Source of the DNA: a bacterium
GTDB taxonomy: Bacteria; Zhuqueibacterota; Zhuqueibacteria; Residuimicrobiales; Krinioviventaceae
Length of the DNA: 64,000 nucleotides
Direction: 5' to 3'
Assembly (NCBI GenBank): GCA_963675755.2
Contig: CAXXMD010000002.1
Location: forward strand, 96,001 to 160,000
Part shown: in pieces, positions 39,115-49,733 of the stretch
Position numbering within the stretch: position 1 is the stretch's first letter
Layout: the number at the start of each line of letters is the position of its first letter
The notes under the pieces: model-generated
What the model was told of the DNA's origin: nothing
Database searches by the model: none
Seen by the model: the letters and a program-made list of their open reading frames with translations, nothing else
Made by a program: the position numbers and the translations under genes

Positions 39115-40497
39115 GTGAGCGAAATCGTTGAAAACCAAGCTGTTAAAAGTGAACCGTTAATTTTAAACAATCCTACATTTTCCAGTATTACAAATGATGT
39201 AAGCGGACTTGTAGAGTCAAAAGCACCTATGCCCTGGTACCTGCTGTTAGCAATGTCAGGATCATTAGCATTAATGATGTTTGGCATGATCGGTTACCTT
39301 TTTGTTGAAGGTATTGGTATCTGGGGAGTAAATATTCCTGTTGGTTGGGGATGGGCTATTATTAATTTTGTTTTCTGGGTAGGTATTGGACATGCAGGAA
39401 CATTGATCTCTGCGATCTTGTTTTTACTGAGGCAAAAATGGCGTACATCTATCAACCGTTTTGCCGAGGGTATGACTATTTTTGCAGTAATTTGTGCTTT
39501 GATCTTTCCAGGTATCCATGTGGGACGTATCTGGGTAGTTTACTGGCTTTTCCCCATTCCGAACCAAATGTCAATGTGGCCCAATTTCCGCAGTCCCTTG
39601 TTATGGGATGTGTTTGCGGTTTTTACCTACTTTTTGGTATCGTTGATGTTCTGGTACATGGGTCTCATACCTGATCTTGCAACGCTGCGTGACAGAGCAA
39701 CATCCAAAATTAAAAGAACTTTATATGGTTTTTTCGCATTGGGATGGCGTGGCGCAAACCGTCAGTGGAAGCATTACGAGATGGCATATCTGCTTTTAGC
39801 AGGCCTGTCCACTCCGCTGGTTCTTTCCGTGCATAGTGTTGTGAGTACCGACTTTGCAACCAGCCAGTTACCCGGATGGCATACAACCATATTTCCACCT
39901 TATTTTGTTGCGGGTGCGGTGTTCTCTGGTTTTGCCATGGTAACGACTTTGAGTATCATTGTCCGCAAAGTTTATAAAATAGAACATATTATTACAGTGA
40001 ATCATCTGGAGAGAATGGCCAAAGTAATGATGGCTACCGGCATGATGGTTGGTTTTGCTTATTCATGCGAGTTTTTTATAGCCTGGTATGGTGGTAATGG
40101 TTACGAGTTGTTTACCTTTGTAAACCGTGCTTTAGGACCCTATGCCTGGGGCTATTGGACCATGATTTCCTGTAATGTGCTGGTTCCTCAACTTTTCTGG
40201 TTTAAAAAGTTGAGACGGAGTGTGCCCGTACTGTTTGTGGCAACCATTTTTATCAATATTGGTATGTGGTTTGAGCGTTTTGTGATTGTGGTTAGTTCAT
40301 TGTCACAAGATTTTCTGCCATCCAGTTGGGATTATTATAAACCCTCTATATTTGATATTGGTACTTTTGTGGGTTCTTTTGGTTTATTCTTTACGCTGTT
40401 TTTACTGTTTATCAAGTTTTTACCTATAATTGCAATGTCTGAAGTTAAAGGTGTGTTGCCGCAGGCTGATCCACACCATAAACAACATCATGATTAA
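39115..40497 (+). CDS. actC: Alternative complex III NrfD/PsrC-family quinol-oxidising subunit
   Basis: [41 protein letters not shown] and GMWFERF. Confidence 0.95.
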   Translation: MSEIVENQAVKSEPLILNNPTFSSITNDVSGLVESKAPMPWYLLLAMSGSLALMMFGMIGYLFVEGIGIWGVNIPVGWGWAIINFVFWVGIGHAGTLISAILFLLRQKWRTSINRFAEGMTIFAVICALIFPGIHVGRIWVVYWLFPIPNQMSMWPNFRSPLLWDVFAVFTYFLVSLMFWYMGLIPDLATLRDRATSKIKRTLYGFFALGWRGANRQWKHYEMAYLLLAGLSTPLVLSVHSVVSTDFATSQLPGWHTTIFPPYFVAGAVFSGFAMVTTLSIIVRKVYKIEHIITVNHLERMAKVMMATGMMVGFAYSCEFFIAWYGGNGYELFTFVNRALGPYAWGYWTMISCNVLVPQLFWFKKLRRSVPVLFVATIFINIGMWFERFVIVVSSLSQDFLPSSWDYYKPSIFDIGTFVGSFGLFFTLFLLFIKFLPIIAMSEVKGVLPQADPHHKQHHD

Positions 40498-40516
40498 TAA
40501 TAAAGGTTTGACTGAA

Positions 40517-41056
40517 ATGTCGGAACAATCAAAACCTGCTCTGCTTTTAGCTGAATTTAAAGATCCTGCCGATTTACTGCATGCCGCAGAAAAAGTCAGA
40601 GAGGCAGGATATACTCAATTTGATTGCCATTCACCATTTCCAATCCATGGTATGGATGCGGCTATGGGATTAAAGCGTTCTCCATTGGGATGGATTGTGG
40701 GTATAATGGCATTAACCGGTGCCGGTCTGGGAATGCTGCTGCAATGGTGGACGAGTGTTCAAGCCTATCCCCTTGTAATCTCGGGTAAACCCTTTTTCAG
40801 TTATCAGGCGTTTATTCCGGTTACTTTTGGTTTGGCTGTGCTCTTTGGAGCGGTTACCGCGTTGTTGGGAATGCTGTTTTTAAACAGGTTACCCAAGCCG
40901 TATCATCCGTTATTTTACTCGGAAAATTTTCAACGCGTTACAGATGATGCATTTTTCATCAGTATAGAGTGTAATGATCCCCGGTTCAATGAAGAAGAAA
41001 CCGGATCATTTTTAAAAAGTATTGGCGGTACATCCATTGAAATACTGCCGGAATAA
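40517..41056 (+). CDS. actD: Alternative complex III subunit D (DUF3341)
   Basis: HSPFPIHG.D and YPLVISGKP; expected gene order. Confidence 0.9.
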   Translation: MSEQSKPALLLAEFKDPADLLHAAEKVREAGYTQFDCHSPFPIHGMDAAMGLKRSPLGWIVGIMALTGAGLGMLLQWWTSVQAYPLVISGKPFFSYQAFIPVTFGLAVLFGAVTALLGMLFLNRLPKPYHPLFYSENFQRVTDDAFFISIECNDPRFNEEETGSFLKSIGGTSIEILPE

Positions 41057-41081
41057 CAGACCCTCATACTACGAGTGACTT

Positions 41082-41696
41082 ATGTATAAAAAGAATCATA
41101 CTCTAATTTATATTGTAATTTTTGCAACGGCCATTGTATTGGGTGGTTGTCAGGGGCGACCGAAACAGAAACCTCCTGTGCACCCTGTTCTGGATATGGA
41201 TTTTCAGCCCAAATATGAATACCAGGAAAAAAGTCCGTTTTTTGATGACGGTATATCCATGCGCCAGCCAATCCCCGGAACAGTTGCACGCGGCAAGTTG
41301 TATGATGATATTGCCTACAATACCGGTAAAAACCAGGACGGTTCATTGGTGGAAAAAAGCCCGGTACCGGTCACATATACCGGACTGGAACGTGGCAGAG
41401 AACGTTTCGATATTTATTGTTCACCCTGTCACAGCAAGATTGGAGATGGAAAGGGTATTCTGGTTAATCGTGGTTATATACCACCGCCATCTTTTCATAC
41501 TGATGTAATCAGAAACTATGCTGATGGTCATATATTTGATGTTATAAGTCATGGTATCCGCAATATGCCTTCTTATGGGCATCAGGTACCAGTTGAAGAC
41601 CGGTGGCTGATAGTAAATTATATACGCGCTTTGCAGCGCAGTCAAAATGCAAGCATTGATGATGTACCTGTAGAAATGCGAGACAAGATTAAATAA
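41082..41696 (+). CDS. actE: Alternative complex III monoheme cytochrome c lipoprotein
   Basis: Lipobox LGGC; DM..QPK, CSPCH, MPSY and DRW.IV.YIRALQ. Confidence 0.92.
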   Translation: MYKKNHTLIYIVIFATAIVLGGCQGRPKQKPPVHPVLDMDFQPKYEYQEKSPFFDDGISMRQPIPGTVARGKLYDDIAYNTGKNQDGSLVEKSPVPVTYTGLERGRERFDIYCSPCHSKIGDGKGILVNRGYIPPPSFHTDVIRNYADGHIFDVISHGIRNMPSYGHQVPVEDRWLIVNYIRALQRSQNASIDDVPVEMRDKIK

Positions 41697-41715
41697 AAAA
41701 ACAGGATTTCAATCT

Positions 41716-42900
41716 ATGGAATTCAAACAACAGAGTTTTACGCTTAATGGTACCGGATTGGCCGAAAAATTAGCGTTTATAATTGGCGGGATCAGTATTG
41801 CATTATCTGCAGTAGCCTTTTTTGTAAATCCCGGTCAGTTTTACTTTTCATGGCTGGTTGCATTTGTCTTTTGGACCAGTATTGCACTGGGTGGATTGTT
41901 TTTTACATTGATTCATCATTTAACCGGTGCTACCTGGAGTGTGGTTGTTCGTCGATTTTTTGAAGTTTTGATGACCAATATGCCATTCTTACTGCTTATG
42001 GCAATTCCCGTATTTTTTGGAATGCACGAGTTGTATCACTGGAGCCACGCAGATGCGGTCTCGCATGATCATTTGCTGCAGCACAAGGCAGTCTTTTTAA
42101 ATGTTCCTTTTTTCATCATCAGAACACTGGTATACTTTACAATATGGATTGTGTTAACCACGCTGTTGTACAAGTTTTCGCTAAAGCAGGATGCAGGTTC
42201 TTCAACTTTGATAACTAAGAAATTAAATAAAACCAGCGCTCCCGGTGTCATTCTGTTCGCTTTTACCACTGCTTTTGCTGCGTTTGACTGGTTGATGAGT
42301 CTTGACCCGCATTGGTACTCGACTATCTTTGGTGTTTATTATTTTGCGGGTAGTGCAATGGCTGTAATGGCGGTCCTCATACTCATTGTTATGTATTTTA
42401 GAAAAAATGGTATTTTAACTGATGTTATTACCCCTGAACACGATCATGATTTTGGCAAGCTCTTGTTTACCTATATGGTGTTTTGGGCGTATATGGCATT
42501 TTCTCAATATTTTTTAATCTGGTATGCCAATATACCTGAAGAAACAGTTTGGTTTATTCATCGATGGGAAGGATCATGGAAGTTTGCCAGTCAGCTTTTG
42601 GTGTGGGGACATTTTGTGGTGCCTTTTTTAATATTAATGATACGTGCTTCTAAACGAAGTAATTTGATCCTTTCAGCAATGGCAATCTGGCTGTTGTTAA
42701 TGCACTGGCTTGATATGTATTGGTTGGCTGTACCTACATTACATCCTCATGGAATACAACTTTCCTGGATTGATCTGGTAACCATGTTGGGTATTGGCGG
42801 CCTTTTTATAGGATTATTCTTTTACCGATTGCGCAAACATGCTATTTTACCCATCGGTGATCCTAAATTAAACGATTCAATACATATGGTAAATCAATAG
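41716..42900 (+). CDS. actF: Alternative complex III membrane subunit F
   Basis: About 10 TM helices; DWLMSLDPHWYST.FG and FSQYFLIWYANIPEET. Confidence 0.92.
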   Translation: MEFKQQSFTLNGTGLAEKLAFIIGGISIALSAVAFFVNPGQFYFSWLVAFVFWTSIALGGLFFTLIHHLTGATWSVVVRRFFEVLMTNMPFLLLMAIPVFFGMHELYHWSHADAVSHDHLLQHKAVFLNVPFFIIRTLVYFTIWIVLTTLLYKFSLKQDAGSSTLITKKLNKTSAPGVILFAFTTAFAAFDWLMSLDPHWYSTIFGVYYFAGSAMAVMAVLILIVMYFRKNGILTDVITPEHDHDFGKLLFTYMVFWAYMAFSQYFLIWYANIPEETVWFIHRWEGSWKFASQLLVWGHFVVPFLILMIRASKRSNLILSAMAIWLLLMHWLDMYWLAVPTLHPHGIQLSWIDLVTMLGIGGLFIGLFFYRLRKHAILPIGDPKLNDSIHMVNQ

Positions 42901-42912
42901 GAGTACAAGATA

Positions 42913-43251
42913 ATGTCTGAGCAGGGAAAAAACGGCATGACGGCAGAATATGAAACCTCTGATGTGAATATTAGGAATGTCTTTGTAACAGCCTTTGTTA
43001 TACTGGTTGTCGTAGTTTTAGTTATTGTCGTGATGAATGAAATGTTCATATCATCAAAGGAAGAGCAGATTTACCAGTCAGTCTTGAGTGTTGAATCACC
43101 CGAACTGCGGGATCTGCACGCCAGGGAAGCCAGTACATTAAATTCGTACAAAATTCTGGATGCTGAAAAAGGTGTTTATCAGATACCTATTGAGCGCGCC
43201 ATGAAGTTAGAGGCTGAAGAGGCGTTTCAAAAGCAAATAAAAGATGGATAA
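42913..43251 (+). CDS. Small single-TM protein of the ACIII cluster (ActG-like by position)
   Basis: YE.SD.N, one TM helix and IPIERAM; lies between actF and the SCO gene. Confidence 0.6.
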   Translation: MSEQGKNGMTAEYETSDVNIRNVFVTAFVILVVVVLVIVVMNEMFISSKEEQIYQSVLSVESPELRDLHAREASTLNSYKILDAEKGVYQIPIERAMKLEAEEAFQKQIKDG

Positions 43252-44078
43252 TGTGTAAACATTTTAAAGCTTTTTTTCTGGTTACAATATTTCTGTCAAC
43301 CTTGATATTCGGACAGGTTGCTAATTACTCTCCCCCTGAACTGCAAAAAATTAATATTACCGAACATTCCGGCGAACAAATTCCTCTTGACCTTGAATTT
43401 ACGAATGATCTTGGCGATACGGTAAAATTGGCAAAATATTTCAATCAAGGTAAACCTGTTATTTTAATATTGGCTTATTACAATTGTCCCATGTTATGCA
43501 GTTTGGTTTTAAATGGAACCTCAGAAGTTGCTCAGGTTGTATCACTGAACCCTGGTGAGGATTATACAATCCTTACCATTAGTATTGATCCATCAGAAAC
43601 CTATCAGCTCGCAGCAGCAAAGAAAAAGAATTATGTAGCATCACTGGGAGAAAAAGCCAATGCCGATGGATGGATATTTTTTACCAGCAGAGAAGATCAG
43701 GTAATGCAATTGGCAGACGCTTTGGGTTTTGAATATTATTATGATAAAGAAAAAGAACAAGAACAATATGCACATCCGGCTGTTTTACATGTTTTGACTG
43801 AAAAAGGAATCATTTCAAGGTACCTTTATGGCATACAATTCAAGCCAAATGACTACAAAATAAGTCTTTTAGAGGCATCACAGGGAAAAATTGGAAATTC
43901 TTTGGATAAAATTTTGTTATACTGTTTTCATTATGATCCCGAATCAAAGGGATATGTAGTAATGGCCAGTAATGTGATGCGGCTCGGAGGCGTTGCAACG
44001 GTTATCATATTGGGGCTGTTTTTAGGTCTGCTTTGGACCAACAAACGATTGGGAAAAGAAAAAATATATAGGTGTTGA
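43251..44078 (+). CDS. SCO1/SenC-family copper chaperone
   Basis: YYNCPMLC (CxxxC), conserved His in YAHPA, C-terminal TM. Confidence 0.88.
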   Translation: MCKHFKAFFLVTIFLSTLIFGQVANYSPPELQKINITEHSGEQIPLDLEFTNDLGDTVKLAKYFNQGKPVILILAYYNCPMLCSLVLNGTSEVAQVVSLNPGEDYTILTISIDPSETYQLAAAKKKNYVASLGEKANADGWIFFTSREDQVMQLADALGFEYYYDKEKEQEQYAHPAVLHVLTEKGIISRYLYGIQFKPNDYKISLLEASQGKIGNSLDKILLYCFHYDPESKGYVVMASNVMRLGGVATVIILGLFLGLLWTNKRLGKEKIYRC

Positions 44079-44084
44079 TGAAAT

Positions 44085-45041
44085 ATGGAAAATGATACAA
44101 CCGGAACGTTATTTTTACCTCCACAAAGTTCTACGATTTCGGGTGACGTAGATGCTTTGTTCAATTTTGTCTTGTATGCTTCTATTGTGTTTTTTTTACT
44201 TGTTGTTTCATTGTCCTTGTTTTTTGTATTGCGATATCGGCGTCGAGGGCAGTTGAGGCTGTCTACCGGCCCATCTCATAATACAAAACTTGAAGTTATT
44301 TGGACTTTAATACCTCTTGTATTGGTGTTTATTGTCTTTTTCTGGGGATTTAAAACTTTTTTAAAAATGCACATTGTACCTCAAGATGCCATTGATATCA
44401 AAGTTACTGCGCAAAAATGGTTCTGGACTTTTGATTATACCAAAGCCGGTGTAAATAGTTTGAACGAGCTTGTGGTACCCGTCGATAAACCGGTACAGTT
44501 GACCATGTCGTCTACCGATGTGATTCACAGCTTTTATGTGCCCGGTTTCCGTGTTAAAATGGATGTGCTGCCAAACCGATATTCGGTAACCTGGTTTCAG
44601 GCTAATCATACCGGAGAATTTGACTTGTTTTGCGCCGAGTATTGTGGAACATCGCATTCGGATATGATTGGCAAGGTACGTGTTTTAAATGAACGCGAAT
44701 ATAATGAATGGCTTGAACAGCAGTCTATTGGCGGCGATGATATGCCTTTGCCCGAATTGGGAGCAAAACTGTTTTCATCCAAAGCATGTATAACCTGTCA
44801 TACCGTTGATGGATTACCAAAGGTTGGACCGAGTTTTAAAGGGCGCTTTGGCAGTATGCAAACCATGGAAGATGGACAGCAAGTACTGGTTGATGAAAAT
44901 TATATCCGTGAATCGATATTAAAGCCTATGGCGCATGTTGCACAAGGGTTCCAACCTGTTATGCCATCTTATCAGGGATTATTAAAAGAACGCGAAATTG
45001 ACGCGTTAATAGAGTATATGAAATCATTGCAGGAAGAGTAG
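44085..45041 (+). CDS. coxB: Cytochrome c oxidase subunit II with fused cytochrome c (caa3 type)
   Basis: Two TMs, DVIHSF, CuA motif CAEYCGTSHSDM and C-terminal CITCH...MP. Confidence 0.95.
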   Translation: MENDTTGTLFLPPQSSTISGDVDALFNFVLYASIVFFLLVVSLSLFFVLRYRRRGQLRLSTGPSHNTKLEVIWTLIPLVLVFIVFFWGFKTFLKMHIVPQDAIDIKVTAQKWFWTFDYTKAGVNSLNELVVPVDKPVQLTMSSTDVIHSFYVPGFRVKMDVLPNRYSVTWFQANHTGEFDLFCAEYCGTSHSDMIGKVRVLNEREYNEWLEQQSIGGDDMPLPELGAKLFSSKACITCHTVDGLPKVGPSFKGRFGSMQTMEDGQQVLVDENYIRESILKPMAHVAQGFQPVMPSYQGLLKEREIDALIEYMKSLQEE

Positions 45042-45044
45042 AGA

Positions 45045-46646
45045 ATGAGTGAAACGTATGAAAGCTATTTAACCTATCCCAAAGGGATAAAGTCGTGGCT
45101 CTTTACATTGGATCATAAGCGCATCGGATTGATGTATCTGTTTGCTGTCATGTTTTTCTTTTTTATAGGCGGAGTTTTTGCAATTCTCATCCGTCTTGAA
45201 TTGCTGACCCCAGCTGAAACCATTGTAGGTGCAGATACATATAACCAGTTCTTTACCTTGCACGGTGCAATTATGATTTTCCTTTTCATTATACCGGCAA
45301 TTCCCGCGGCACTGGGGAATTTTGTATTGCCCCTAATGCTAGGCGCCAAAGATGTCGCCTTTCCTAAATTGAATCTTGCGTCTTTTTATGTATACGTATT
45401 TGGTTCTCTGTTTGCAATTTATTCCATTATTACCGGCGCGGTTGATACAGGATGGACCTTTTACACGCCCTACTCTACGGAATCCACAACATCCGTGATT
45501 TCGATGACATTGGGTGTATTTATTCTTGGATTTTCTTCAATCTTTACCGGTATTAACTTTATTGTTACCGTTCATAAATTGCGTGCACCGGGTATGACCT
45601 GGTTTAATCAACCCTTGTTTATTTGGGGACTGTATGCAACTGCTATTATTCAGGTTTTGGCCACACCTGTATTGGCTATTACTTTGGTACTGTTGATCCT
45701 TGAACGGACTTTGGGAATTGGTATTTTTGATCCGGCAATGGGTGGTGATCCGGTTTTGTATCAGCATTTTTTCTGGTTCTACTCACATCCGGCAGTATAT
45801 ATTATGATATTGCCCGGTATGGGAATTATCAGTGAGACCATAACCGTCTTTTCCCGCAAAAAGATTTTTGGCTATAAAGCCATTGCTTTTTCCAGTCTGG
45901 CAATTGCGTTTGTCAGTTTCCTGGTATGGGGACACCACATGTTTACCAGTGGTCAGTCAGAGATTGCCGCAATGATCTTTTCTTTTCTTACATTTCTTGT
46001 GGGTATACCGTCTGGCATTAAAACTTTTAACTGGCTGGCAACCATGTATAAGGGACAGATATCTCTTGAAGCTCCCATGATCTATACATTGAGTTTTCTG
46101 TTTCTCTTTACAATTGGTGGTTTGACCGGTATCTTTTTAGGAGCACTTGCTCTTGATGTGCATTTACATGACACCTATTTTGTTGTAGCCCACTTTCACT
46201 ATGTCATGGTAGGGGGTACGGTAATGGCTTTTCTTGCAGGTTTGCATTACTGGTGGCCTAAAATATGGGGAAGAATGTATAATGAACGATTGGCACAAAT
46301 CTCGGCATTTCTGGTTTTTATCGGTTTTAATGTGACTTTTTTTACACAGTTTATTCTGGGTACTCAGGGTATGCCGCGTCGGTATTACAATTACCTCGAT
46401 CAATACCAGCCATTACATGCATTCTCTTCATTTGGTTCGTGGATTATGGCCGCAGGATTTTTGTTGATGGGGTATTACATGATCCATTCATTATTCAAAG
46501 GAAAAAAAGCAGGGAAAAATCCATGGGGTGCTTTGACACTAGAGTGGACAACACCTTCACCACCGCCGCACCACAATTTTGATGAAATTCCCAAGATTGA
46601 ACACGGCCCGTATGATTATGACAAAATTCTTGTAGAAAGGGATTAG
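45045..46646 (+). CDS. ctaD: Cytochrome c oxidase subunit I, type A2
   Basis: DHKRIG, GWTFY, YSHPAVY (A2-type YS motif), WGHHM, AHFHY and GMPRRY. Confidence 0.96.
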   Translation: MSETYESYLTYPKGIKSWLFTLDHKRIGLMYLFAVMFFFFIGGVFAILIRLELLTPAETIVGADTYNQFFTLHGAIMIFLFIIPAIPAALGNFVLPLMLGAKDVAFPKLNLASFYVYVFGSLFAIYSIITGAVDTGWTFYTPYSTESTTSVISMTLGVFILGFSSIFTGINFIVTVHKLRAPGMTWFNQPLFIWGLYATAIIQVLATPVLAITLVLLILERTLGIGIFDPAMGGDPVLYQHFFWFYSHPAVYIMILPGMGIISETITVFSRKKIFGYKAIAFSSLAIAFVSFLVWGHHMFTSGQSEIAAMIFSFLTFLVGIPSGIKTFNWLATMYKGQISLEAPMIYTLSFLFLFTIGGLTGIFLGALALDVHLHDTYFVVAHFHYVMVGGTVMAFLAGLHYWWPKIWGRMYNERLAQISAFLVFIGFNVTFFTQFILGTQGMPRRYYNYLDQYQPLHAFSSFGSWIMAAGFLLMGYYMIHSLFKGKKAGKNPWGALTLEWTTPSPPPHHNFDEIPKIEHGPYDYDKILVERD

Positions 46647-46650
46647 TAAT

Positions 46651-47301
46651 ATGAGTGATCATGCAGCTAACAGACCTGAATTCCTTGCACATCATTTCAG
46701 TACTGTGGAACAGCAAAGAGATTCTGCCAAACTGGGTATGTGGATTTTCCTGCTTACAGAGATTTTGCTGTTTGGCGGTTTGTTTTGTGCCTATTCTGTG
46801 TATAGGGCCTGGCACCCGGATATGTTTTATAATGCGCACAAGTTTTTAAATGTGCAATTGGGAACCTTGAATACGGTTGTACTCATTACCAGTTCATTAA
46901 CCATGGCGTTATCTATCCGTTTTATTCAGGTTAATGATAAAAAGAAAGCAATCCTGTTTTTGGTCTCAACCTTGATTTTTGCAAGTATCTTTTTGATTGT
47001 CAAATATTTCGAGTACAGTCATAAATTTCATTTGGGACAGCTTCCGGGAAAATATTATACCTTTAACGGAGTTGAAGGTAGTAATCCACATATATTTTTT
47101 AGTATTTATTTTGCCATGACCGGTTTGCATGGTATACATATCATAGCGGGTATGATTGTACTGGTTTGGGTATTGGTAAAAATGATCAATAATAACTTTT
47201 CGGCAGAATACTACACACCTGTTGAAATGGCTGGACTTTACTGGCATTTGGTTGATCTGGTCTGGATATATCTGTTTCCTTTATTATATTTGATAGGGTA
47301 A
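46651..47301 (+). CDS. ctaE: Cytochrome c oxidase subunit III
   Basis: GMWIFL.TE..LF, TGLHG.H and YWHLVD.VW. Confidence 0.94.
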   Translation: MSDHAANRPEFLAHHFSTVEQQRDSAKLGMWIFLLTEILLFGGLFCAYSVYRAWHPDMFYNAHKFLNVQLGTLNTVVLITSSLTMALSIRFIQVNDKKKAILFLVSTLIFASIFLIVKYFEYSHKFHLGQLPGKYYTFNGVEGSNPHIFFSIYFAMTGLHGIHIIAGMIVLVWVLVKMINNNFSAEYYTPVEMAGLYWHLVDLVWIYLFPLLYLIG

Positions 47302-47306
47302 AGCAT

Positions 47307-47687
47307 ATGAGTGAAAAACACAAAGAACATATTCTGCCCCTAAAAGTGTACCTGGGAGTGGCAGCAGCATTGATGTTTCTTACAGCAATAACAGTTGCGG
47401 TTTCATTTGTTGATCTTGGCGGGTGGAACGCGCTTGTGGCTGTGGGAATTGCGACGTTTAAAGCGCTTTTGGTAGCTTTATTCTTTATGCATTTGCTGTA
47501 CGATAAAAAGATCAATTTATTTGTTTTTTCAATATCACTGATTATGGTGGGTGTCTTTATTACGCTAACAATGTTTGATACACTCCGCCGGGCAGATTTG
47601 TATGATATTACCGATGGTCCTATTAACAAGAATGCCAAAATGTATGAAAATATGCCGGTCGATTCAACAGCGGGAGAACACCATTAA
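47307..47687 (+). CDS. Cytochrome c oxidase subunit IV (caa3 CtaF-like)
   Basis: Three TMs and KA.LV..FFMHL.Y. Confidence 0.88.
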   Translation: MSEKHKEHILPLKVYLGVAAALMFLTAITVAVSFVDLGGWNALVAVGIATFKALLVALFFMHLLYDKKINLFVFSISLIMVGVFITLTMFDTLRRADLYDITDGPINKNAKMYENMPVDSTAGEHH

Positions 47688-47713
47688 TAACGCATAAAAT
47701 AGAGGGAGGTCAC

Positions 47714-48652
47714 GTGCGTGCGTTTAAAAAGTTTTCATTATTGTCCATCTTTTTTACCTATCTGGTTATCTTTGTAGGTGGTTTGGTTCGTGTTTCCGGT
47801 GCAGGATTGGGATGCCCTGATTGGCCCAAGTGTTTTGGAAGCTGGATTCCTCCTCTGCATATGAGTCAGGTTCCGCCTGAATTCAACCCTTTAACATTCA
47901 ATATCACATTAGCCTGGATAGAATATATCAATCGATTGGTTGGTATGACTGTTGGTTTGTTGATTGCAATAACCGCCGTCCTGGCAATCATTCATTTTCG
48001 GAAAAATAAAAGCATTCTTATCCCGTCCATAGCTTCTGCTTTATTGGTTGCATATCAGGGATGGCAGGGAAGTCGGGTAGTTGCATCCGAGTTGGCACCC
48101 ATGATTGTAACGGTTCATATGGTTATTGCTTTTATTATAATCAGTCTGTTGATCTATGTTTACATGCAGGCACACTTTATCAGTAATCCGGAAGAGGTAA
48201 AACGGGCAAAATATATCAATGGCATACATTGGGGAGTAGTATTTGTATGGTTGATCTCTATTGTGCAGGTTCTTTTGGGTACTCAGGTACGTGGTGCACT
48301 GGAGCAGGTGCGGGAACATTTCCCGCTTGATAAAGCAACAGAATGGCTGGCCCAGATTGGTGGTGTTGATGATTTGCACATGACCCTGGGAGGTATGGTT
48401 GCTTTTGGTGCATGGGTATTGGGCTTTGCGATATTAAAATTCTCAAAAAATGCCCCTGTTATTGTTATACAAACTGCATGGGCTATGATTGTTATTTTAT
48501 TATTACAAATTGTTTTGGGACTAGCTCTCGTAATGGCGGGGTTGCCTTCTCTATTACAATTGTTCCATTTGTGGTTAGCAAGTTTGTTGATTGGAGCACT
48601 GTTGATTTTATATACGACGATACGAAAAGGGGAGGGCCAGTTGAATGGATAA
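47714..48652 (+). CDS. ctaA: Heme A synthase (COX15/CtaA)
   Basis: GG.VR..GAGLGCPDWPKC, EY.NR and conserved His residues in TMs. Confidence 0.9.
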   Translation: MRAFKKFSLLSIFFTYLVIFVGGLVRVSGAGLGCPDWPKCFGSWIPPLHMSQVPPEFNPLTFNITLAWIEYINRLVGMTVGLLIAITAVLAIIHFRKNKSILIPSIASALLVAYQGWQGSRVVASELAPMIVTVHMVIAFIIISLLIYVYMQAHFISNPEEVKRAKYINGIHWGVVFVWLISIVQVLLGTQVRGALEQVREHFPLDKATEWLAQIGGVDDLHMTLGGMVAFGAWVLGFAILKFSKNAPVIVIQTAWAMIVILLLQIVLGLALVMAGLPSLLQLFHLWLASLLIGALLILYTTIRKGEGQLNG

Positions 48653-49247
48653 CGACAGCACACCCAAAGTGTTAATTTATGGATTAATTCTTCTCATGTT
48701 ACTCGTCTTTATTGCTGCTTTTGCAATAGATAAAGCAAATAAATCAAGAGAAGAATTACCTGTACTTGGCAAGGTCACGGATTTTGGTTTCAAAACCAGC
48801 ACCGGAGATTCTTTGCATTCTTTACAGATAACAGGACGTTTGTATCTGTTGGATTTTATTTTTACCAATTGCAAAAATGCATGTCCTGTCATGTCTTCCA
48901 AAATGTCCGAGTTGTACAAATATTATGAACACACAGATAAAGTTGGTTTTATCTCTATAACTGTGGATCCTGTGCGCGATACTCCCCAGGTTTTGCAGGA
49001 TTATGCAAAATCACATGGAGTTACTGACAACAGGTGGACCTTTTTACGAGGTCCCATTGATGAGGTTATACGGGTTTCTGAAAAAGTATTCATGCTTCCG
49101 GCAGATAATTTACCCATGGGCCACAGCACAAAATTTGTATTGATTGATGAGAATGGAAATATTCGCGCGTATTATGATGCTATGACGGATGGAATCTTGC
49201 CATTGGTTAAAACCCAGGTGAATGCACTGGGGAGGAAGCTGCCATGA
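48645..49247 (+). CDS. Second SCO1/SenC-family protein
   Basis: FIFTNCKNACP, VDP.RDTP and HS.KFVLID. Confidence 0.9.
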   Translation: MDNDSTPKVLIYGLILLMLLVFIAAFAIDKANKSREELPVLGKVTDFGFKTSTGDSLHSLQITGRLYLLDFIFTNCKNACPVMSSKMSELYKYYEHTDKVGFISITVDPVRDTPQVLQDYAKSHGVTDNRWTFLRGPIDEVIRVSEKVFMLPADNLPMGHSTKFVLIDENGNIRAYYDAMTDGILPLVKTQVNALGRKLP

Positions 49248-49657
49248 CAATCAAGGATCTGCCAACTCTTAATGCTCTGTTGAATTCAATCAGTGCAGTT
49301 TTTTTGTTGTTTGGATTTATAAATATTAAAAAAGGTCGTGCCGATGTACATAAAAAGTTTATGATAGCGGCATTGATTACATCAGCACTGTTTTTAACCT
49401 CTTATCTGATTTATCATGCACAGGTTGGTTCCAATCCTTATCCGCATTATGACTGGACCCGAACCCTGTATTTTTTAATTCTGGTACCGCATATTCTTTT
49501 GGCCGCCATTATGACTCCGTTTATCTTATTTCTGGTGTTTTTTGCCCTTCGCCAAAAGTTTGATAAGCATAAAAAACTGGCCAGATGGGTTTGGCCGGTA
49601 TGGATGTATGTATCTGTCAGTGGCGTGATTGTTTATTTGATGTTATACGTGTTCTAA
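49244..49657 (+). CDS. DUF420 membrane protein (CtaM-like oxidase assembly factor)
   Basis: LP.LNA.LN, HKK.M, FL.SYL.YH and W.YVSVSGV.VY. Confidence 0.88.
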   Translation: MTIKDLPTLNALLNSISAVFLLFGFINIKKGRADVHKKFMIAALITSALFLTSYLIYHAQVGSNPYPHYDWTRTLYFLILVPHILLAAIMTPFILFLVFFALRQKFDKHKKLARWVWPVWMYVSVSGVIVYLMLYVF

Positions 49658-49733
49658 TCTGCTTGATATTGTTTTTGGATTATTAAGGTTTTAAAATTTG
49701 TTGTTGTGTTTAGATAACAGCAAGGTGAATTCC

